Below are positions 25,601 through 35,109 of a stretch of DNA of 64,000 bases, one piece after another. Position 1 is the first letter of the stretch. Every line of letters starts with the position of its first letter. The notes under the pieces are model-generated. The model did not search any database. It had not been told where the DNA came from and saw only the letters and a list, made by a program, of their open reading frames with translations. The stretch is from NCBI GenBank assembly GCA_950097015.1, contig CATNEN010000038.1:2418001-2482000 (forward strand), written 5' to 3'. The position numbers and the translations under genes are program-made. The DNA is from Macrostomum hystrix. Lineage: Eukaryota; Animalia; Platyhelminthes.

Positions 25601-27163
25601 CATGCCTATACACATATAAGGCCTTCGTTATGTAAATTCCATTCCAAGAGGATCACGAGTTAGTGGTGTGTTTTTTATTTATTAATGAAAAATGCTGCCT
25701 TCGCGCTTATCGCAGCACTTGGCGCAGCCAGTGGCAATGGCCAGTGGCAATGCCTATCTTATCCGCTCTGCCTACGAATTTCGAATTCCACGAGGCCCTG
25801 CGCCTGAGTCTGCAGTTTTGTTTGCACCTCTGATCGCTTCACTGGGTTGCCAAGGCGAGGCGCGGGCCCCGTTTATCAGATTGGAGAGGCAACGCAGCTC
25901 TGGAGAGGCAAACGCAGCACTAGTGATTTGTTTAATTTTCCATTTAGCCTTTGCTCATGCGTGAAATCTCACTGCGCGGGTTCTGCCGCGAAGTTCGTTG
26001 TAATTTTTATATTAAAAAATTAATAAACCGAGTTGAGAACACACACGCACACCTACAGAAAATGAGAGACCAGAATGTACTTGCGAAGTTAAATAAAAAC
26101 AGTGAAAAAATCAACCCTTTTGTGCTTAACTATCTGCTCACTCAGTTAGTAATGAACAAGATTTCAAACACGAATCTGGTTAGATTATCCGTTCCAGATA
26201 ATGCGTATTAAAATTAAAACTGGTAATTGCAGAAGGGCTGCGGGCACATCATTTGGCGACACTAGACCCGCAGCCAGCGAGGAGGCAATTCTGCCCATTT
26301 CGCTGACTCCTGAGAACACACGCACACAGATGCTGTACGCAGGCACACGCTCACACAAGGGTGTGTACATCTGCTCTGACTTTCTCATCGTCAGGCAGCA
26401 CACTCTCACTGCAGAGCCTTGGCGGTTGGCCCTGAGTGTCGCAAATTGCACGGCAATTAAGCCCCCAAGCATACTCGCCGTGCCGTAAATCCAAAGGCAG
26501 CGTATACGGTTGTTTAGTCCATGAACTGGGCTGGGGCCTCAATTACCTCAGCTGTTTCTGGTACCCATTTAACAACTAGGTTAACTGTAGCAATGCAGAT
26601 TTAAATGTCTTGCTAAAGGACACAAATTGTTCTGGATTGAGTCCGGACTCGAAACCCCGACCTTAAAGTCGTGAGTCTGACGCTCTAACCACTCAGCACC
26701 AATGTATTTAGAATGAAAACAAAAGACAGATGCGCTCTCACAGGAATCCAGTGCATCGATCTGCCAGCGAGGAAGTAGCCGCCGACACTTCCACGATTTC
26801 GGCACGAGGACTGCGGATGTGAGACAGCGAGTGCTTTGTACAATGTACAATCGGCTCTGCTCAGCCACAAACAGCCTGCTAAAAACTGCCCAACAACCTC
26901 TCGCAAGCATTTTCTTATCCTTAAAATAGTTTGACAATGAGTTTCGTACTGGTATGTAGTTGCACTCATTGAGTGCTACCAAAGTGCTTATTTAGTATAA
27001 CCACGTATAGAATTGTACAGGTCATTCGAAGTATATCGAGGTAAAGTAAGGTTCGCAAAGATTTTACGTAGAATCATACCCATAGTCCAACCCCGATGAC
27101 GGCCACAAAGAACACGATGACAACCACGATGTCGATTACGCCGAGACTGCCGACTACGCTCAT
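16637..27163 (-). CDS. Sodium/glucose (or myo-inositol) cotransporter, SLC5A family, 12 exons
   Basis: Exons 27163-27080, 26810-26742, 24892-24728, 24512-24408, 22351-22165, 20857-20649, 20565-20430, 20189-19931, 19851-19689, 18566-18345, 18257-18050, 16851-16637, all phase-compatible. Motifs [79 protein letters not shown]. Confidence 0.95.
17495..17994. mobile_element. hAT-like MITE with internal 19-bp tandem expansion
   Basis: Imperfect TIRs CAGTAAGGTAGCCAGG / CCTGGCAACGCCCCTG, exact 8-bp TSD agttagac (17487-17494 and 17995-18002), internal (gggggcgccactaccacac)n. Confidence 0.85.
18600..19640. repeat. Compound minisatellite: 23-bp unit switching to a related 24-bp unit
   Basis: tgcgattggagccatgtttctgg up to ~19140, then gcgattctagctatggtttctggt. 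Confidence 0.96.
20198..20400. repeat. 20-bp intronic minisatellite (gacagaatgcgattggttgt)
   Basis: Tandem array. Confidence 0.9.
21578..22085. repeat. 43-44-bp minisatellite
   Basis: Unit ggtggaattcgcttatctggattcccggttggggatttccctga repeated. Confidence 0.95.
22365..23240. repeat. 16-17-bp minisatellite (ccccagaatcgggata variants)
   Basis: Tandem array in an SLC5A intron. Confidence 0.95.
26222..26700 (-). mobile_element. Near full-length tRNA-derived SINE with CORE-like central domain
   Basis: Head GGTGCTGAGTGGTTAGAGCG (A box) ... GTTTCGAGTCC (B box), then TGTGTCCTTTAGCAAGACATTTAA...AAATGGGTACC. The 3' module is shared with copies at 35.75-36.0, 36.63-36.82, 24.98-25.1 and 31.03-31.17 kb. 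Confidence 0.85.
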
Positions 27164-27649
27164 CTTTAGTCACTGGTTTCGTTTTCGCTTTTTTAATTAA
27201 TTACCTACTGATTTAGTTCTAATTGATTGTTATGACGCAGCGAAATCAGCAATTGTAGCTTTGCTCCTCTCTTTGCTTAAGTCGACCTTCTCAATTTGAA
27301 AACTGACTGCGAAATATAATTCAATTTGAATTCGCGCGACTTTTCAACTAGCGCGCCAGCCAGTTAAAACAAACTAGTGCGTTATTTTAACAGGATAGTT
27401 CTGTTACAACGTGAGCGAGAGTCGTGTAAAATAGTTGTCCTCTATCGGACTTATAATTCTCGGTTTGCTTTTGCAATGAAATTTCCAATGAAATGAACGC
27501 GACAGAATGTTAAATAAAATTATGATGTAATTACTATTATAAAATATTATATTATACATGAATATTATTTATAAGAAAATATACTTCGTTTGATTCGCAT
27601 TTGTCGTAGATATAAAATGAGTCAGAAATCGATTCAAGAGCGAGTCAAC

Positions 27650-27945
27650 GAGTGTTGTTGTTAGCCCGTAGGAGACGGACCAGGGCCTGCAGAGCCCGTG
27701 ACATCGAGCCGATTCTACAGGGAGAAGATCAAATCGGCCGGCCTCTTCCACAGGTTGGTAAGTTAGTTGGTAAGTTAGTTGGTAACTTGGATGCAGTAGG
27801 CAGAGCGAAGTTGGGCGAGAAGCGCGCGTTGAACTCGACGATGGCAGGCTTCGGAGCTATCAATTTCGGGTGGCACGGTGCCCAGGATGGAGTGAGGAGG
27901 CAGGTGTCTCGGGTAATGGTTGAACGAGTGCCGAGTGCAGAGTAC
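27650..27945 (-). mobile_element. Decayed non-LTR retrotransposon 3' fragment
   Basis: A minus frame reads SILGTVPPEIDSSEACHRRVQRALLAQLRSAYC, resembling the PPxI...LAQLRSGxC motif of LINE ORF2 C-termini; ends in a TAACAACAAC tail. Confidence 0.6.
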
Positions 27946-29124
27946 ACCATTTTACCCTCAATTTTGAACAACAGTAACTTCCATAATAACAAACTACACA
28001 TCAATTTCGACAGTGTATCGCTTTGAGGAAAAAACTGCATTCTATTTTGACAGCGTCAACTTCAATTTTGACAAAAAAGTTTTTAACCCCTGCTGTGCAA
28101 AATCTTGAAAAAAATCATGCCACGTGAGCAATGACCAGATATTATGACATTTGTGAGAGATCAGAAAGCTCTTTAGCTGTTTCTTTAGTTTAAAATCACC
28201 TATCCAGTCGGATTCTTTGTTTCTGTTGGTTCGATGCAACAAGCTTAAGTCTGCCTATCCCGATATGTTGAAAATCCTTTTCAAATTTAACGCTCACGAA
28301 AGTGACACTCTATGGTAAATTCTACGTAGTCTCTGCTTCAATTTTGTCAACTCCACATCAACGAGTATCAAAGTAGTTCAAGACTGAGTTGAAGCGTCCA
28401 ACTCTTGTCCCAGAGCACCCGAGCTCGAATTCGCGCGAGCCGCGAGACACAGTAAGAGTGGGCTTTTGTGTGTACAGGGGAATGGTCGGAATGGTCCCAT
28501 ATAGCTGACAGCTGAATGATGTGTCAGCGATGCCTACAGATCCGCAGGAAATGTGAATATTAAAGTATTATTAAAGCCAACACGGTACGATAGTTTATAG
28601 CACAAAACATGAAGGTTGTTTTAGAAAATGTACTCTTAATTCTTAAATTTTTATTTCAAATAATCACCAAACGGGGAAGCGCATTTACAGGAAGCATTTC
28701 TAGGCCTAGCAGTCTGAATGAACCACAGCAGCTCACTATGGTAAGTACCGATGGCAGAAGCGCAATAAACTAATAAACAGAAGACCAAAAAATCACATTA
28801 TTGAATCCGTAAATTATTTAATTATTGTTATTAATTATTGGAAAAAACATATTTCAGCAGTAGGACAAAAAATAAAATTTATGAATTTTTTCTAGAATAA
28901 ATAAAAGTGATGGACAGAAGCAATAACACAGGCGTTTGAGTTGCCAGATAGGGTATTGCTGATCACAATGAGACTTAATTCGAGTCAAAACTCTGGATAA
29001 AAATCCCGAGAGAGCTATGGGATTGGCATTTTGATCGATTTCTGGACGTCAGGGTTGAAATCTCTAGACATCCTGATGGGAATTTCTAGACTTTATGATG
29101 AGAATCTTTAGATTCACGCTCGGT

Positions 29125-29500
29125 ATTTCTAGACTTTTAGGCTTGGTATCTCTAGATTTTTATGCTTGGTATCTCTAGACTTTTAGGCTCGGTATCTCTA
29201 GATTTCAGTCTCGGTATCTCTAGACTTTTAGGCTCGGTATCTCTAGACTTTTAGGCTTGGTATCTCTAGACTTTTAGGCTTGCTATCTCTAGACTTTTAG
29301 GCTTGTTATCTCTAGACTTTTAGGCTTGTTATCTCTAGGCTTTTAGGCTTGTTATCTCTAGACTTTTAGGCTTGTTATCTCTAGACTTTTAGGCTTGGTA
29401 TCTCTAGACTTTTAGGCTTGTTATCTCTAGACTTTTAGGCTTGTTATCTCTAGGCTTTTAGGCTCGGCATCCCTAGACTTCAGTCTCGGTATCTTTAGAT
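29125..29500. repeat. 23-bp minisatellite (tatctctagacttttaggcttgg)
   Basis: Tandem array. Confidence 0.94.
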
Positions 29501-29580
29501 TTAGGATTGAAAAATCACAAGACTTCGGGACTGTGATCGCCAGATTCGCAGTCAGCAAAGGCGCCAAAACTCAGCGGGCC

Positions 29581-30885
29581 TTAGGACCAGCCGTGTCCCC
29601 ATTGGTTCAGGCGTTCAGCGGCTGTCTCTGGCGCAACCGACTGGTTGCCACTGGCAACGCTAGAAATCACAAGCAGGCATTTCCACGCCAATCTGAGAAT
29701 TTCTATCAAGGCGCTATCGTCGTCGTCGTCGGCGACTCGGCTCGAAGGCACCAGCCTGCAGTCAATAAAGCCCCCTTCCAAGTCATCCTCGAACTGTCGC
29801 AGCAGTTCAGGGTGATTCATGGCTGGCAGGCGGATGAAGTCTGGCATCAGCTGCTTGCGGTAATGCAGGAACTGCTCAGCGTCATCCTCAAACAGTCGCG
29901 CAGTCACCAGCTCAACTGACAGGTTCAGCAGGCTGGCAAAGTCGTTGGTAAAAGCGACCTCTGCTGCCACGGAAGTGTCGTCAACTTCGTCAAGCATCTC
30001 AAGGTTGCCGATGATCGGCCGGTTGAAAGCGTCCAAGCTGACGGACTGGCAGGTTAGGGGCAGCGGGGGTGTTTGCGTAGCCATCTGGGAGTTGAGCTTG
30101 GGCAGAGTCAGGGGCGGCTGATGGCTGTGCAGGTAGCACAGAGCGCTCATCAGGCAGCCCAGCTGGCTTGCCCTGATTGGCATCAGCAGCCGCTTGGAGC
30201 AGCGCCTGTTCCTGAGTGCCTGCGCCAGGCTCAGCCCGTAGGCCGGCATGAACAGGTCCAGCGATAGGGTGAGCTTGTCCTCCATTGGCATCACCCGGCA
30301 GCCCATGAGGCACACCAGGCCAGGATGCCGCAGCTCCTGCCAATGAGCGAGTGTGTGAAGATGAAATATCCCACGACTGAAATATCCCAAAAGTGAAATA
30401 TCCCACAACTGAAATATCCTAAAACTGAAATATCCCACGACTGAAACAAAAACAACTCCCACAGTCTCACCTGAAGCCTGGAGATCTTACTCTGAACTGC
30501 TTCAGTCACCTCTCCGTCATGCTTTAGGCGCACAACCCAGTGCTTGACCTGGCAAAAGTTTCCGCGCACATCAACGCCCATAATTGAGCCGTTGTGCGGC
30601 ACGGGGACAATTTTATCAGCATTGAAACTCATGACCGACAGGCCTTTCAGCACTAGCTGAGGCGGGCAGGTCTGCTGCGGACCACCGGCCTCCTCCTCGC
30701 CTTCGTCAGGCGACGCATTTTCAGGCTGCTGCTGCTGCTGCTGCTGCTGCTCCTGCTGCTGTGCATCACCGTTTTCAATAGTTGTAACGTTGGGACTGTC
30801 TGGAGTGTTCGACTCCTGCTGCTCCAGCTGTTCCTGCTGCTGTTGCGGCTGCCGCTGCTGCTGCTGCTGCTGTTGCTGCTGGTGC

Positions 30886-30926
<41 letters not shown>

Positions 30927-31666
30927 CTGCTGCTGCTGCTGTTGCTGTTGCTGTTAAGAGGAATTAAATACGCAGCTTTGATTATGTGAAATATATATTA
31001 GTTACTTATTTGCATGCGATAAACCCTCAGCCACAGCCAGATCGAAGGCAATTCTGTCCATTCCGCTGACTCCTGAGCACAAACTCACACAGGTGTGTAC
31101 ATCTGCCCTAGCTTGACTTTTTCATTGCCAAGCGGTGTACACTCTCACCCTTGGACCTTTGGGGTTGGCCCTTGTGGGATCTGTATCTTTCGAGTCCAAT
31201 CAGAATTATCGAGTGGTGGGACATCAGAATCGGCTTACTATGATTGGCTGCTGCCCATTTGGCGGCTGCTGCTGCTGCTCATCAAACAGTTGCGGGCAGA
31301 ATTTTCGCAGTGCGTCAACTGCCTCGACGATTTGCGGTTTCTTCGCCATGACAACAGCCACGTCTCGTATTGTTGGCATGTGAAGGCGCCATTTGTTGAA
31401 AAGTGCCTTTGATCGGTCCATATCATTGTCTGCAGGAGAAACAGAAGTACCTTATGATCCTAGGATATTGTTTAAATTTATCCTCTGAGATAACATTAGT
31501 GGGACTCACTAGCTTGTGCCTCAATCATGATTACATCGCGCTGTGTGAAGCCTATACGAGCCGCAATCTCATTCCAAGACCTGGATGTGCCAACAGCATT
31601 CACCAGCTCATAGAACAGCTTGGGGGGCACCTCACCAAGGTACATGTTGATGGAAATGGCAGCCAT
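29581..31666 (-). CDS. Death domain + polyQ linker + pseudokinase (IRAK/Pelle/Tube-like), 4 exons, ~527 aa
   Basis: Exons 31666-31510, 31429-31239, 30950-30471, 30336-29581, phase-consistent. Death-domain pattern SWNEIAARIGF...SKALFNKW...PTIRDVAVVM...EAVDAL. Kinase remnants LRHPGLVCLMG, ALCYLHS, VSLDAFNRPIIGNL, LAWKC. Confidence 0.72.
30726..30952. repeat. Coding CAG/CAA trinucleotide (polyQ) tracts
   Basis: (tgc/tgt)n on the plus strand, in frame as Gln in exon 3 of the death-domain gene. Confidence 0.9.
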
Positions 31667-31955
31667 TTGACTCAGCTCAGGTCTGCAAGACAGGAAGGTG
31701 AAAAATGTTGCACAAGCTTTATTAAACCGCTTATACAGAGCAAAGAAACAAAACAAATATGGAAAAATGTTAACTGTTTTACTAGGGACCTGTTAGCAGA
31801 ATGTAGACATGAAATTTCTTACATTTTAGGTTATATTTATTATGAAACTTTAGCTAAAGATGATCTGAATATTTGTATAGTTTTTTATGAAGTATTTTCA
31901 TTAACTTTCTTGAACTAAAAACTTTTCTAATTATTTACCTAGCTGCATGGACCAA

Positions 31956-32532
31956 CCATAGTCCGGATCATGTCGTTTACGCCGGAGATCTCCGGCGTAA
32001 ATCTGGTTTGGGATTGGAGGCTGGCGTAAGTGCTTGGCGTAAGTATAGGCCAAAATGTGCCATGGCATAAGTGCTTGGCGTAAGTACATGGCATAAATCA
32101 AGTGGCATAAATGTTAGCACAAATGAGATCATTCACGATCAAATGTATCACTATAGAACATAACACATTTGCGTTAATTATGATGTTAAGGAGCAGCATT
32201 AAAACAAAGTTCATTAAAATATTGCAGTTCGTATAAATGAGATAGCAGAATATCTATTGTAGGATAGCAAAAGTTTTTTTAGCTTTAAGATGCTTACTTT
32301 GATACTTGATTCAGAATTTGCAACTTCTGAGATTTTTAAACAGTTGCAACTTCTCGAGGGCAGCAAGCATGGAGGCCGATAAAGAGACATGGATTAACAA
32401 GAATTGTGAAGGACCTTTTTTTGGGTGGCGTAAGTCAGAGGGACCTTTTTTTGGTTGGCGTAAGTCTGGCGTAAGTGCCAAAAAATGTTGGATTTTTCCT
32501 CCGGCGTAATTCCAGCATGATCCGGACTATGG
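31956..32532. mobile_element. MITE with perfect 17-bp TIRs and 8-bp TSD
   Basis: ccatagtccggatcatg (31956-31972) and catgatccggactatgg (32516-32532); TSD tggaccaa on both sides; subterminal tggcgtaag repeats. Confidence 0.9.
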
Positions 32533-33924
32533 TGGACCAACTCTACATTCACTTTATTTCCATTGTTATCATTAGGCATGAGATAACAAAACAACATAGG
32601 GCCTATCGAACATGTAGAAAAATCATCATGACAACAGCATTGCTTTATAATAGTTATTCTGCATTATGTAACAGAAATACTATGTAATATAACAAGTTGT
32701 ATCATAATAACAATAATGCTTTTTTATTACAGTCAATGTATTTTTCTAGGAATTTTTAACTTAGACTTTTAAAAAACAGAAATAATAAACAGTTAAATAA
32801 GTGGCCCTTAATACATAATTCATATGCTAGTTACAATAGGCCCTAGGCCTAATTGTATAAACTTTTACTAAACTCAAATTTACTGACTCAAAGGCTGGGA
32901 TAGAGCTATACTGAAAATAAATTATTTTTAAAATAAAAGCTAACTAAATAAAATCACTAGGGCCTACATAATTAACAAAAAATTAATTGCAACAGCCAAC
33001 AACATACTAGGCTAAGCCTAAGCCTAGTGTAAAAAGGGCATAAGAGATACACTGTACATGTATATATATGCTATGTCGAGTTTCCATGACTAGACTAGAA
33101 AATTAAATAGATAGCTATGCAAACAAGCAAGCAAGCCATAGCAATGTATTGCAAGGTCAGACGCATAATTGATTAGCTACACCATTAGCAATTAGAGGAT
33201 GGGGACTTCAATGAAAAATGTTATTATAATATAAGCCACCAATGTGTAAATAACTGTTCGGGCCGCAGCCTGCATTTTAATATATATATATATATTCTTT
33301 GCAAATATACGGCACGGTATATGTGCAACCAGTGAGATTGGCTGCCGTAGCAATAGTTAAAAAACGGTTACAAATACGCTACTTACAAGAAAATGAAATA
33401 AAGTCCCAAAAAGCAAAATTATTTAGAAAACAAGTCTAACTGGAAAATTGCTTCTTTGCAATTTTAAAACAATTACTGAAAAATTTGTTTCCCGAATTTC
33501 CATTTAATTTAATGTGTTTGATATATATCCGCTATGCAAATACCGCGTCCGGTTCCATAGTATATTACCAGGATGTTCTTTCTTGGAATGATAAAAAGTC
33601 AAATTGGTACGCCCGTGAATAAACGACCATACGTACAATCCGTTGTGCTTACTCTTTTAGAAATTACGTACTCTATCTAAAGCACCTCTAGACAGCATAT
33701 CCTTGACATTTAAAACAACTGATATTCGGCATAAATTTTTGGGCAATCTTCTCTGATAGTATCATCGCCATTTCGGAGGCACCGAAAATCAATATATTAC
33801 AAGATCAGAACTGACCCCATTACTTTAAAGTCATCCAAAATATTTAAATGTAGATGTATAAAATGTACAGCTTAACGGGCACAATGCACACTCACGAATT
33901 CACCGTGCAAGCTGTTAATTAATG

Positions 33925-34606
33925 TCGTCGTACTATGACGAGGAGCTCAGCTCACGGCTCGCCTGTTTCAAGCAGTCATTAGCCTGTCGTGCTGCACAAC
34001 GCCGAGACCCGGTAGCACGACAATTTCAGCTGTCGTGCAGGCAGTTGTCGCTGCAGGCAGTTGTCACTGCAGGCAGTTGTCACTGCAGGCAGTTGTCACT
34101 GCAGGCAGTTGTCACTGCAGGCAGTTGTCACTGCAGGCAGTTGTCGCTCAGGCAGTCGTCGCGCAGTCAGTTGTCTCGCAGTCAGTTGTGCGCAGGCAAT
34201 TGTCGTAGACCCCCGAGACCCGGACCCTGACGGACGCCTTGGAGAAGCAGCTGGAACTTCGCATGCAGCGGCCCAGGCAGCGAGACCAATGCCGTGCGCT
34301 GCTCTACGGAAACACACGCCTGAGGCGGCCTTCAGACCTGCTGCACGGGAGGCGACTACGACTGGCTGGCCATGCACGCCAGCCGCTGCTGCTAGGACCG
34401 CGCCTGCGAGGCTAAGGGCGAATGGCAAGATTTCCTAACTGCAGCTTCTAAGTGATGCTGGCGCACCCCGGACCAAGCTGCCGGGCGGGTGTGACTTTTT
34501 TGAGGTCGTTGGCCTAGAGACGCGCTCTCGGACTTCTCCCCCTTTTCTGGCCACTGCGAGGCTGGCGCGCGCGGGAGCAGTCCTTTGTTGTTGTTGTTGT
34601 TTGTTT
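33925..34606 (+). mobile_element. Decayed RTE-like LINE 3' end interrupted by a MITE
   Basis: Removing 34011-34212 gives VLHNAETRTLTDALEKQL...LLYGN...RRLRLAGH, matching the RTE-type LLYGxETWTL / RRLxxxGH motifs; (TTG)n tail at ~34585-34605. Confidence 0.7.
34011..34212. mobile_element. Small MITE (Mutator-like 9-bp TSD) with internal 15-bp repeats
   Basis: Ends GGTAGCACGACAATT / AATTGTCGTAGACCC; direct repeat ccgagaccc at 34002-34010 and 34213-34221; internal (gcagttgtcactgcag)-type repeats. Confidence 0.75.
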
Positions 34607-35109
34607 GTCTATAAAGTATAACCTCATGCATTTACATCTACAGATGTGTGTGAATAAATTAGCATGTAACGAATAAAAGGAAAAGCTTAAAGCTCCTAAA
34701 GGAAAATCTGTTTAGAACTTGCATTAAGACAAACAAGGGTAAATGAATGTACATACCAAATAAGCTGCGCTGCATCTTAAAAATATACACGTGACTTTTA
34801 TTCTTCAATTTATTTAAACGCTTCGACAGTCTTAGCTTTTACCCGAATACAATGCTTCGCAATAGCAAATAAGACACACATAGTCTTAAAACTTGTATTA
34901 AATAAATATTTAGATCGACAGGTATCGAACGAAAAAATATTTTCAAACGGTGCGAAAAAAATCGCTCTAAAAGAGACTAATACTACATGCTTAAAAATAC
35001 ATAGACATTGTGACTGAAATCTAAGCAGCTAATATCTACCCCTGAATATCATCAAGACTTCTTGCAAAAATAAGTCATACACAACGCAATCTAGAAACAT
35101 CCCAACTGC

